Of a DNA stretch of 64,000 bases, positions 43,895 to 52,478 are shown one piece after another (position 1 is the stretch's first letter; every line of letters starts with the position of its first letter). The DNA is from Moorellales bacterium. Lineage in GTDB: Bacteria; Bacillota; DSM-521; Neomoorellales; SLTJ01. A program made the position numbers and the translations under genes. The stretch is from the NCBI GenBank assembly GCA_049719955.1, contig JBNARC010000008.1:26131-90130 (forward strand), given 5' to 3'. The notes under the pieces were generated by a model, which saw only the letters and a list, made by a program, of their open reading frames with translations, was not told the origin of the DNA and made no database searches.

Positions 43895-44143
43895 ATGCAG
43901 GAGCACATCCGCCACCGGGTGCTACAAATTGCCCACTATGTGGTAGCCTCAGCGGCGACGGTGCGACAGGCGGCCGGGGTATACAAGGTGAGCAAGAGCA
44001 CGGTGCACAAAGACATGACCGAGAGATTGCCGGAGATCGATGAGGAACTGGCCCTGCAGGTCCGGCGCGTCCTGGATCTCAACAAGGCCGAACGCCACAT
44101 TCGCGGGGGCGAGGCCACCCGCAAGAAATACCGCGGAGGATGA
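43895..44143 (+). CDS. spoIIID: stage III sporulation protein D (mother-cell transcription factor)
   Basis: 82 aa. HIRHRVLQIAHYV... with HTH SKSTVHKDMTERL. RBS GAAGGAGG. Confidence 0.92.
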   Translation: MQEHIRHRVLQIAHYVVASAATVRQAAGVYKVSKSTVHKDMTERLPEIDEELALQVRRVLDLNKAERHIRGGEATRKKYRGG

Positions 44144-44212
44144 ATTTACGGTGCAGGACTTTAGGCAATATTTGCCGAATTAGTTTTCCACCAGACAAGC
44201 CTAGCTCGGGAG

Positions 44213-45241
44213 GTGCGAGCGGTGCCCGGTTGGGGGAGCGATCTGGGTGTAGATCTGGGTACGGCCAGCGTCCTGATCTATCTTCGGGGGAAGGGAATCG
44301 TCCTGCGCGAACCATCGGTAGTGGCCCTGGAGCGGGAGAGCCAGCGGGTGATTGCGGTGGGAGAGGAGGCCCGGCGGATGCTAGGGCGTACGCCGGGCTA
44401 TATTGTGGCCGTTCGACCGCTTAGGGAGGGAGTGATAGCGGATTACGAAGTCACTCAGACAATGCTGCGCTACTTTTTAGAAAAGGCCTGCGGTCGACGG
44501 CTATTCTTCAAGCCCCGGCTTATGATCTGCGTTCCTTCCGGTATTACCAGCGTAGAAGAGCGGGCCATCCGGCAGGCGGCCCTCCAGGCGGGCGCGAAGG
44601 AAGCCTATCTTATCGAGGAACCGCTGGCCGCCGCCCTAGGGGCGGGCCTAGACATCTCTGAACCTCAAGGCAATATGGTGGTGGATATCGGTGGCGGAAC
44701 TACCGACATCGCCGTACTCTCCCTGGGGGGTATAGTTTACAGTCGCTCCCTGCGGGTCGGCGGGGATAGGTTTGACGCCGCCATCGTTCAGTACATACGC
44801 CGGCAGTACAACCTGTTGGTGGGGGAGCAAACCGCCGAAGAGGTGAAGATTCGGGTGGGCACGGTCTACCCCGGCGGGCGGGAAGTCACGGCCGTCATCC
44901 GGGGCCGGGACCTGGTTACCGGCCTGCCGAAGACCGTAGAGATTACCTCCGCCGAGTTGCGGGAGGCCATGCGCGAACCTACGGAGGCGGTGGTATCGGC
45001 CATTAAGGAGGTACTGGAGCGAACCCCTCCGGAGCTGGCGGCCGACATGGTGGATCGGGGGATAGTTATGACCGGCGGGGGCTCGCTACTGCACGGCCTG
45101 GATCTCTTGGTGCAGGAGGAGACCGGTCTACCGGTGCACCTGGCGGAAGACCCTGTCTCCTCCGTGGCCCTGGGCACCGGCAAGGCCCTGTCCATGTTGG
45201 ACAGTTTACGAGCCAACGGCGCGGTTACCCGTTGCGGTTAA
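44213..45241 (+). CDS. mreB: rod-shape-determining actin homologue MreB/Mbl
   Basis: DLGVDLGTASVLIY, VVDIGGGTTDIAV. Follows spoIIID as mbl does in B. subtilis. Confidence 0.92.
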   Translation: MRAVPGWGSDLGVDLGTASVLIYLRGKGIVLREPSVVALERESQRVIAVGEEARRMLGRTPGYIVAVRPLREGVIADYEVTQTMLRYFLEKACGRRLFFKPRLMICVPSGITSVEERAIRQAALQAGAKEAYLIEEPLAAALGAGLDISEPQGNMVVDIGGGTTDIAVLSLGGIVYSRSLRVGGDRFDAAIVQYIRRQYNLLVGEQTAEEVKIRVGTVYPGGREVTAVIRGRDLVTGLPKTVEITSAELREAMREPTEAVVSAIKEVLERTPPELAADMVDRGIVMTGGGSLLHGLDLLVQEETGLPVHLAEDPVSSVALGTGKALSMLDSLRANGAVTRCG

Positions 45242-45246
45242 ACCAC

Positions 45247-45390
45247 TTATAGGTGCCCCAGTTGTCGGTCTATGTCCAGAATGGCGCTCAAGATGCGGGA
45301 GCGTTCTTGGACCGGGGCGGTCAGGTAGCGGTCGATCAGACTTTCACGTTCTCGGTAAAGCAGCTCGTTTTCGGGGGTTCTGGCAATCAC
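45247..45390 (-). CDS. unannotated 47-aa helical small protein (below the ORF-track size cutoff)
   Basis: Minus strand: AGGAGG (45403..45398), 7 nt, then GTG at 45390. Reads VIARTPENELLYRERESLIDRYLTAPVQERSRILSAILDIDRQLGHL, stop at 45249..45247. It is antisense to the implausible + ORF 45253..45489. Confidence 0.4.
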   Translation of the reverse strand: MIARTPENELLYRERESLIDRYLTAPVQERSRILSAILDIDRQLGHL

Positions 45391-45490
45391 CTGTCGGCCT
45401 CCTTTTTCTTTCCTGAAGTTCACTTTTTAGAGTATCTCGCTGCTCAAGGTACAATATACCCGGATCCCGACGCATCCCCACCAGTCTAGT

Positions 45491-45530
45491 GGCGGTATCG
45501 GGTGCTCCTTTTGTGCCATCATCTCGACTG
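45491..45530 (-). repeat. 40-bp remnant of one end of the TIR-bounded repeat
   Basis: GGCGGTATCGGGTGCTCC matches the TIR at 17 of 18 positions. The next ~22 nt align loosely with the same end of copy 1, with about 12 of 16 positions matching in the best-aligned stretch. It ends exactly at the arg promoter -35. Confidence 0.6.
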
Positions 45531-45559
45531 TTGCATTTGTATACGTTCAGGCGTATAAT
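45531..45559 (+). promoter_or_regulatory. near-consensus sigma-A promoter of the arg operon, with possible ARG-box-like AT-rich palindromes
   Basis: TTGCAT (45531..45536), 17-nt spacer, TATAAT (45554..45559), 30 nt before the argC ATG. ATAATTAT core overlaps the -10. The ArgR/AhrC site is inference only. Confidence 0.6.
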
Positions 45560-45588
45560 TATGCCAATCTGAAGCAGGGGGAGAGACC

Positions 45589-46635
45589 ATGACCGGCCGA
45601 GTTACCGCCGCCGTAGCCGGAGCCACCGGATACGCGGGAGTGGAAGTGGTGCGCCTGCTACTCCGGCACCCGAAGGTGCGTCTTACGGTGGTCGGTTCTC
45701 AAAGCTATGTAGGACAACCTTTGGCGCAAGTGTATCCCCACCTTCTGCCCTATACCCCCCTGGTTTGCGGGGAGCAGGAGACGGAGCAACTGTTGGCAGC
45801 CGAGGTAATGTTCCTGGCCCTGCCCGCCGGTCATGCCGAGCCGGTTGTCCGGGCAGCCCTGGAGGCGGGTCGGCGGGTGATTGATCTGGGCGCGGACTTG
45901 CGGTTGCGGGACCCCGAAACTTACCGTTCTTGGTACAAACTCGAACCCGTGGAGGCGGAACTGGTGGCCCGAGCGGTGTACGGGTTGCCGGAGATATACC
46001 GCCGGGAAATAGCCTCGGCTTGCCTGGTGGCCAACCCCGGATGCTATCCCACCGGCGCTCTATTGGCCCTGGCGCCGGCGGTTCGGGAGGGGTTAATCGA
46101 GCCGGATACCATTGTGATAGACGCCAAGTCGGGCGTTACCGGTGCCGGGAGAAGCCTCAGCTTAGGCACCCTGTACGCCGAGGTAAACGAGGGCCTGCAC
46201 CCCTACGGAGTAGGCAATCACCGCCACACCCCGGAAATTGAGCAGGAGCTGGGCCGCCTGGCCGGTTACGAGGTGCGGGTGACTTTTATTCCCCACCTGG
46301 TGCCTATGAGCCGGGGAATTCTTTGTACCGTCTACGCCCGCTTGAAGCCGGGAGTAAAAATGGAGCAGGTTCGAGCCTTATATGAGGCCGCCTACGGGGA
46401 CGAGCCTTTCGTGCACCTGTTGCCCCCGGGCACCTGGCCGCACACCAAGTGGGTGTACGGCAGTAACCATTGCCTGTTGGCCCTGGGCGAGGACGCCCGT
46501 ACCGGCAGGCTGATAGTGGCCAGCGCCATCGACAATCTGGTGAAAGGGGCGGCCGGGCAGGCGGTACAGAACCTGAATCTGATGTTCGGTTGGGAGGAAA
46601 CTACCGGCCTTGAGGCCGTGCCTTTGTATCCGTAA
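45589..46635 (+). CDS. argC: N-acetyl-gamma-glutamyl-phosphate reductase
   Basis: GATGYAGVEVVRLL and active-site Cys in LVANPGCYPTG. Confidence 0.95.
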   Translation: MTGRVTAAVAGATGYAGVEVVRLLLRHPKVRLTVVGSQSYVGQPLAQVYPHLLPYTPLVCGEQETEQLLAAEVMFLALPAGHAEPVVRAALEAGRRVIDLGADLRLRDPETYRSWYKLEPVEAELVARAVYGLPEIYRREIASACLVANPGCYPTGALLALAPAVREGLIEPDTIVIDAKSGVTGAGRSLSLGTLYAEVNEGLHPYGVGNHRHTPEIEQELGRLAGYEVRVTFIPHLVPMSRGILCTVYARLKPGVKMEQVRALYEAAYGDEPFVHLLPPGTWPHTKWVYGSNHCLLALGEDARTGRLIVASAIDNLVKGAAGQAVQNLNLMFGWEETTGLEAVPLYP

Positions 46636-46651
46636 GAGAGGACGTGATCGG

Positions 46652-47890
46652 GTGAGCGATAAACCGGGATGGGATCTAGAAGAGTTTGACGGCGGCATTA
46701 CCTCGGTGCCGGGCTTTCTGGCCGCAGGAGTGGAGGCGGGCATTAAAAAGCGGGGCAAGGACCTGGCCCTCGTCTACTCCCGCACCGAAGCCGCGGCGGC
46801 GGGGATGTTTACTACCAACCGGGTGCAGGCTGCGCCTTTGCTGGTGACCAAAGAGCATTTGCGCACCGGTCGGATCCAGGCGGTGGTGGTAAACAGCGGG
46901 GTGGCCAATGCCTGTACCGGCGAAGAAGGCCTGGCGCAGGCGCGCCGCATGGCCGAGGTAACGGCAGAAGTTCTGGGTCTGCGGCCGGAGCGGGTAGCGG
47001 TTGCTTCTACCGGCGTAATCGGGGTACCGCTTCCCTTAGCGGCCGTGGAGGCGGGGATAAGAAGGGCGGCGGCCGAACTCTCTTCCAGCCGGGAGGCGGG
47101 CCGGGCCGCGGCCACCGCCATCATGACCACCGACACCCGACCCAAAGAGGCCGCGGTGCGGCTGCGGCTGGCCGACCGAACCTTGACCGTGGCCGGTATG
47201 GCCAAAGGCGCCGGCATGATTCATCCCCAAATGGCCACCATGCTGGCCTTTTTGGCCACCGATGCCCCGATTAGTCCCGAGGCGCTGCGGCCGCTTTTCG
47301 TGCGGGCGGTAGACCGGACCTTTAATCAGATCACCGTAGACGGGGACACCAGCACCAACGACCTGGCTCTCCTCCTGGCCAACGGAGCCGCCTCCGGTCC
47401 CGTCCTGGCAGGGGAGGCGGATCTTAAAGCCCTGGAGGCGGCGCTGGAAAACGTTTGCCGCCGGCTGGCCAAAGCCCTGGTGGCCGACGCCGAGGGGGCC
47501 ACCAAGCTGATTACCGTGGAAGTGCGCGGGGCGGCGGACGAAGCCCAAGCCCGTCGCGCCGCCCGGGCGGTGGCGGGATCCAACCTGGTCAAGGCCGCGG
47601 TGTTCGGCGCCGACCCCAACTGGGGCCGCATCCTGGCGGCGCTGGGATACTCGGGAGCGGAATTTGATCCCGCGGCGGTGAGCGTGGTACTGGAGGGGCA
47701 GGGAGAAAGGGAGGCGGTCTGCGCCGGCGGAAGGGGTCTGGCCTTCGACGAGAGCCGGGTGCGGCGCATCCTGGCGGGCCCGGAGGTTACTATTGTAGCC
47801 GACCTCGGCGCGGGGCCGGCTTCGGCCCGGGCCTGGGGGTGCGACCTGAGCTACGACTACGTGCGCATCAACGCCGCCTACCGGACCTAA
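46652..47890 (+). CDS. argJ: bifunctional ornithine acetyltransferase / N-acetylglutamate synthase
   Basis: ORF 46610..47890; GTG 46652 preferred. GITSVPGFLAAG and self-cleavage site MATMLAFLATDA. Confidence 0.92.
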   Translation: MSDKPGWDLEEFDGGITSVPGFLAAGVEAGIKKRGKDLALVYSRTEAAAAGMFTTNRVQAAPLLVTKEHLRTGRIQAVVVNSGVANACTGEEGLAQARRMAEVTAEVLGLRPERVAVASTGVIGVPLPLAAVEAGIRRAAAELSSSREAGRAAATAIMTTDTRPKEAAVRLRLADRTLTVAGMAKGAGMIHPQMATMLAFLATDAPISPEALRPLFVRAVDRTFNQITVDGDTSTNDLALLLANGAASGPVLAGEADLKALEAALENVCRRLAKALVADAEGATKLITVEVRGAADEAQARRAARAVAGSNLVKAAVFGADPNWGRILAALGYSGAEFDPAAVSVVLEGQGEREAVCAGGRGLAFDESRVRRILAGPEVTIVADLGAGPASARAWGCDLSYDYVRINAAYRT

Positions 47891-47931
47891 AACTCGGAGT
47901 TTGGCCAAGCTATCCCTGCTCTCTGTTGGCG

Positions 47932-48144
47932 GGCGGTACCGGGTTCTCCCCTAAGTACGTTGGCAACTCGCCGGGCACCGAACTTGGCGAGGCCGAGGGC
48001 GCCAGGCGCTCGCGAGGCTATGGATGGCCGAAGCCGAGGGGCGCCATGGACGGCGCCTCCGAGGGTAGCCCGCCGTAGCGCGAAGGCCGAGCCCTAGATC
48101 GGTCGGCGAGGTGACAGTACGAAGGGGAGAACCCGGAACCGGCC
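47932..48144 (+). repeat. structured TIR-bounded repeat, copy 2 (inside the arg operon, between argJ and argB)
   Basis: GGCGGTACCGGGTTCTCCCCT ... AGGGGAGAACCCGGAACCGGCC. Shares the core GGCTATGGATGGCCGAAGCCGAGGGGCGCC-N6-GGCGCCTCCGAGG with the other copies. Confidence 0.85.
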
Positions 48145-48224
48145 AAGATGTGCCCGTCAGGCAAGAGGGCGGATAGGTCAAGGCGGGAGGGCGGCCGGGC
48201 ATTACCGCGCAGAGGAGGACAACC

Positions 48225-49112
48225 ATGGCTTTAAGCGCAATCGAGAAGGCCAACATCCTCATCGAGGCCCTGCCGTACATCAAGGAGTTCTACGGCAAGA
48301 CCGTGGTGGTGAAATACGGCGGGCACGCCATGCTCAACGAGGAGCTCAAGCGCTCGGTAATCCAGGACTTGGTGCTGATGCGCTTCGTGGGCATGAACCC
48401 GGTGCTGGTGCACGGCGGGGGGCCGGAGATTACGCAACTGCTGCAGCGGTTGGGGAAGAAGTCGGAATTCGTTCAGGGCCAACGGGTAACCGACCAGGAA
48501 ACCATGGAAGTGGCGGAAATGGTATTGGGGAAGGTAAACAAGGATTTGGTGGCCCAAATTAACCGCCTGGGCGCCAAAGCGGTTGGGCTTTCCGGTAAGG
48601 ACGGCAATCTTATTGTGGGTCGGCGCAAGACCCTGCGCCAGACCCTGGCCGACGGTCGGGAAACCGAGGTGGATCTGGGCTTGGTGGGGGAAGTGGAGAG
48701 CATTAATCCGGGCATCCTCAAGACGGTAATAGAGCACGGCTACCTGCCGGTGGTGGCGCCCATCGGGGTGGGACCGGAAGGAGAAACCCTGAACATCAAC
48801 GCCGATTATGTGGCCGGGAGCCTGGCGGTAGCCCTGCGGGCCGATAAGCTGGTGCTGCTTACCGACGTGGAGGGGGTCTACGCCAGCGCCGACGACCGCA
48901 GCACTTTGCTGTCCACGGTTACTGCGGACGAGGCCCGGCAGTTGATCGCCCGGGGGGCCATTGGCGGCGGCATGATCCCCAAGGTGGAGTGCTGCCTGAG
49001 CGCCCTGGCGGGTGGGGTGGGGAGGGCCCACATTATCGACGGACGCCTTCCCCACTCCATCCTGCTGGAGATATTCACCCACGAGGGCATCGGCACCATG
49101 GTGGTGCCCTGA
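48225..49112 (+). CDS. argB: acetylglutamate kinase
   Basis: VVVKYGGHAM, VLVHGGGPEI. Confidence 0.95.
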   Translation: MALSAIEKANILIEALPYIKEFYGKTVVVKYGGHAMLNEELKRSVIQDLVLMRFVGMNPVLVHGGGPEITQLLQRLGKKSEFVQGQRVTDQETMEVAEMVLGKVNKDLVAQINRLGAKAVGLSGKDGNLIVGRRKTLRQTLADGRETEVDLGLVGEVESINPGILKTVIEHGYLPVVAPIGVGPEGETLNINADYVAGSLAVALRADKLVLLTDVEGVYASADDRSTLLSTVTADEARQLIARGAIGGGMIPKVECCLSALAGGVGRAHIIDGRLPHSILLEIFTHEGIGTMVVP

Positions 49113-49129
49113 GGGAAGGGTAGGGAAGA

Positions 49130-50350
49130 ATGGGCAACGCGGAAATCAAAGACCTAGGGGAGCGCTACCTGGTATCCTCCTACGCCCGCGCCGATATTGC
49201 CCTGGTACGGGGAGACGGAATCCGGGTGTGGGATGCCGACGGCAAGGAGTATCTGGATTTCGTGGCCGGAATCGCGGTGAACGCCTTGGGACACTGCCAC
49301 CCTCGACTGGTAGCGGCCATCGCCGAGCAGGCCGGTCGCCTAATCCACTGTTCCAATCTTTACTGGATCGAACCGCAGGTGCTTCTGGGCCGGGCCCTGG
49401 TAGAACTCAGCGGCCTGGACCGGGCTTTTTTCTGCAACAGCGGCACCGAGGCCAACGAAGCGGCATTGAAGCTGGCCCGGAAGTACGCTTTTGAAAAGGG
49501 CCAACCGGACCGCTACGAGATTATCGCCATGGAGCATTCCTTCCACGGCCGGACCATGGGCTCGCTGGCGGCCACCGCCCAGACCAAGTTCAAGGGGGGG
49601 TTCGAGCCCTTGGTGCCCGGCTTTCGCTACGTGCCCCTCAACGACCTGCCGGCCCTGCGGCAGGCCCTGGGTCCCAAGACCTGTGCGGTAATCCTGGAAC
49701 CGGTTCAGGGCGAGGGAGGAGTTTATCTCGCCGAGAAGGACTACCTGGCGGCCCTGGTGGATCTCTGCCGGGAGCAGGACGTACTGGTCATTTTCGATGA
49801 GGTTCAGTGCGGCATGGGGCGTACCGGCGCCTGGTTCGCCTACCAGCATTACGGAGTAAAGCCGGATATCCTTACTCTGGCCAAGGCCCTGGGCGGAGGG
49901 GTACCCATCGGTGCCATGTTGGCCCGGGAGGAGGTGGCGGCGGCCTTTCGCCCCGGGGATCACGGCTCTACCTTCGGAGGCAACCCCCTGGCCTGCGCGG
50001 CGGCGTTAGCTACCGTCGAGACTATTCGGGAGGAGGGGTTAGTGGAGAACGCGGCCCGGCAAGGAGCCTATCTGCGGCAGGGCCTGGAGGAACTGGCCTC
50101 GGAGTTTCCCTTCGTTAAGGAGGTTCGGGGTTTGGGGCTCTTACTGGGCATGGAGTTGTCCATCGCGGGGCAGCCCATCGTGAAGGCTTGCGAAAGCCGG
50201 GGCCTTCTGATAAACTGTGCTGCGGGCTCGGTTCTGCGCCTGGTGCCGCCGCTGGTGGTGAGCCGGCAGGACATCGACCGGGCGCTAGAAATTCTGCGGG
50301 AAGTGTTCTCCCAGGTACAGGGGGAGTATACCTCCCGGGACGAGACGTAA
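49130..50350 (+). CDS. argD: acetylornithine aminotransferase
   Basis: DEVQCGMGRTG and PLP-lysine context TLAKALGGG. Confidence 0.93.
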   Translation: MGNAEIKDLGERYLVSSYARADIALVRGDGIRVWDADGKEYLDFVAGIAVNALGHCHPRLVAAIAEQAGRLIHCSNLYWIEPQVLLGRALVELSGLDRAFFCNSGTEANEAALKLARKYAFEKGQPDRYEIIAMEHSFHGRTMGSLAATAQTKFKGGFEPLVPGFRYVPLNDLPALRQALGPKTCAVILEPVQGEGGVYLAEKDYLAALVDLCREQDVLVIFDEVQCGMGRTGAWFAYQHYGVKPDILTLAKALGGGVPIGAMLAREEVAAAFRPGDHGSTFGGNPLACAAALATVETIREEGLVENAARQGAYLRQGLEELASEFPFVKEVRGLGLLLGMELSIAGQPIVKACESRGLLINCAAGSVLRLVPPLVVSRQDIDRALEILREVFSQVQGEYTSRDET

Positions 50351-50364
50351 GGAGAGGATCGTCT

Positions 50365-51444
50365 GTGGCTGTGGGTGTGTTGGTTTTAGAAGACGGCACG
50401 GTTTTCAAGGGTCAGGCCTTCGGTGCCGGGGGCCGCTCCTTCGGTGAGGTAGTATTCAACACCGGCATGACCGGCTACCAGGAGGTGCTGACCGATCCCT
50501 CCTATGCCGGGCAAATCGTTAACATGACCTATCCGCTAATAGGCAATTACGGTCTTAATGCCGACGACAATCAGTCCCGCCGGCCCTGGGTACAGGGGTT
50601 TGTGGTGCGCGAGGCCTGCCCGGAGCCCAGCAACTGGAGGGCAAGAGAGACTTTGGAGGAGTTTCTTGCCCGCCACGGCATCATCGGTCTGGCGGGCATA
50701 GATACCCGGGCGCTGACCCGGCGGCTCCGGGTGCACGGCACCATGCGGGGCCTGCTCTCCACCCTACCCGAAGAGGTTGCCGATCCGCAGGCTCTGGTGG
50801 CCGAGGTAAGGGCCACGCCTTTCGGCGGTCCGGAACTGGTACGCCGGGTCACCACTCCCGAGCCTTATCACCTTCCCGGCTCCGGTCCCCGGGTAGTGGT
50901 GGTGGATCTGGGGGTTAAGACCAACATCTTGCGTCAGCTTCAGGCCTACGACCTAGACCTGGTGGTGGTGCCCAGCTTTTTCACGGCGGAGGAGATCCTT
51001 TCCTACCGGCCGCAGGGCTTGGTGTTTTCTAACGGGCCGGGAGATCCTAAGGACGTTCCCGAGGCCATTGCCGCCGCCAGGGAGTTGGTAGGCCGGGAGC
51101 TGCCCATCTTCGGCATCTGCTTGGGACACCAGATCTTGGGGTTGGCTCTGGGCGGAGACACCTACAAGCTGAAATTCGGGCACCGGGGTTCCAACCACCC
51201 GGTAAAGGACCTTATAACCGGGCGGGTGTACATCACCTCCCAAAACCACGGCTACGCTCTGGCGGCGGAAAGCTTGCCGCCGGAATTGGAAGTAACCCAC
51301 CTCAACCTAAACGACGGGACGGTAGAGGGAATCCGTCACCGAGAACTCCCCATTTATAGCGTGCAGTACCACCCCGAGGCCGGTCCGGGCCCGGAAGAGA
51401 ACCGCTACCTGTTCGAAGAATTCGTGACCCGGCTCCGGGGATAA
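50365..51444 (+). CDS. carA: carbamoyl-phosphate synthase small (glutaminase) subunit
   Basis: ORF 50188..51444. GTG 50365 preferred (TAAGGAGAGGA upstream; N-terminus AVGVLVLEDGTVFKG). GICLGHQ and VQYHPEA. Confidence 0.93.
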   Translation: MAVGVLVLEDGTVFKGQAFGAGGRSFGEVVFNTGMTGYQEVLTDPSYAGQIVNMTYPLIGNYGLNADDNQSRRPWVQGFVVREACPEPSNWRARETLEEFLARHGIIGLAGIDTRALTRRLRVHGTMRGLLSTLPEEVADPQALVAEVRATPFGGPELVRRVTTPEPYHLPGSGPRVVVVDLGVKTNILRQLQAYDLDLVVVPSFFTAEEILSYRPQGLVFSNGPGDPKDVPEAIAAARELVGRELPIFGICLGHQILGLALGGDTYKLKFGHRGSNHPVKDLITGRVYITSQNHGYALAAESLPPELEVTHLNLNDGTVEGIRHRELPIYSVQYHPEAGPGPEENRYLFEEFVTRLRG

Positions 51445-51477
51445 CCGGAGGCTTCCGGCAAAGGAGGGAAGGCAGCA

Positions 51478-52443
51478 GTGGATTATCCCGAGTACTTGTC
51501 CCTTCCCGAAGCCCAGGCCCTGCGCGGCCGCGATTTTCTTTGCCTGCGCGACCTCAGCGGCCCGGAATTGGAACTGGTATTCAGGGTGGCAGAAGACCTG
51601 AAGAATCGCCAACGTGCCGGTCAACCTCATGCCTGGTTGGCCGGCAAGAGTCTGGGGATGATATTCCAGAAAGCCTCTACCCGCACCCGGGTTTCTTTTG
51701 AGGTGGGTATGTACCAGTTGGGCGGTCAGCCCCTTTTTTTGAGTTCCCGGGATTTGCAACTGGGCCGGGGTGAAACCATTGCCGATACCGCCCGGGTGCT
51801 CTCCCGCTACCTGGACGGTATCATGATCCGCACCTACGCCCAGGAAGAAGTAGAAGAGTTGGCCCGCCACGCCACCGTTCCGGTGATCAACGGCCTGACC
51901 GATCTGCTTCACCCCTGCCAGGCGCTGGCGGATCTTTTTACCGTCCGGGAAATAAGGGGAAAGCTTAGCGGTCTTAAGCTGGCCTACGTAGGCGACGGCA
52001 ACAACGTGGCCCACTCCTTGCTCCTAGGGGGGGCGATGACCGGGATGGAAGTTTGGGTGGCTTCACCTCCCGGCTATGCTCCCCGGCAGGACTTGGCGGC
52101 CGAGGCCCGGCGTCTGGCGGAGAAGAGCGGGGGCCGGATTGTGATCACCGAGGATCCTTTGGCCGCCGCCGAGGCCGCGGACGTACTCTACACCGACGTG
52201 TGGGCCAGTATGGGCCAGGAGGCTCAGGCCGAAGAGCGCCGGGCGGTATTCCGGCCCTATCAGCTCAACCGGGAACTGGTGGCCAGAGCGGCCAAGAACG
52301 TGCTGGTAATGCACTGCCTGCCCGCCCATCGGGGCGAGGAAATTACCGATGAAGTCATCGACGGCCCCCGCTCGGTGGTGTGGGACCAGGCGGAGAACCG
52401 GTTGCACGCGCAGAAGGCGCTGCTACTACTTCTTTTGCGTTGA
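51478..52443 (+). CDS. argF: ornithine carbamoyltransferase
   Basis: [19 protein letters not shown]. Confidence 0.93.
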   Translation: MDYPEYLSLPEAQALRGRDFLCLRDLSGPELELVFRVAEDLKNRQRAGQPHAWLAGKSLGMIFQKASTRTRVSFEVGMYQLGGQPLFLSSRDLQLGRGETIADTARVLSRYLDGIMIRTYAQEEVEELARHATVPVINGLTDLLHPCQALADLFTVREIRGKLSGLKLAYVGDGNNVAHSLLLGGAMTGMEVWVASPPGYAPRQDLAAEARRLAEKSGGRIVITEDPLAAAEAADVLYTDVWASMGQEAQAEERRAVFRPYQLNRELVARAAKNVLVMHCLPAHRGEEITDEVIDGPRSVVWDQAENRLHAQKALLLLLLR

Positions 52444-52478
52444 CGGCAAAATCGGGATATGACCGATTATTAGGAGGG

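Noticed and set aside
43618-43895. Paired + and - ORFs (80 and 84 aa) whose peptides (…RRRRPWRPSASAIHSLASAW… / …LWMAEAEGRHGRRLRG…) recur at 47839..48283 and 56449..56818
   Set aside because: The recurrence is caused by the DNA repeat. The ORFs occur in both orientations relative to flanking genes, lack an RBS, and have GC-rich off-frame composition.
45253-45489. 78-aa + strand ORF between mbl and argC
   Set aside because: No RBS, odd composition, and directly antisense to a better-supported small minus-strand ORF.
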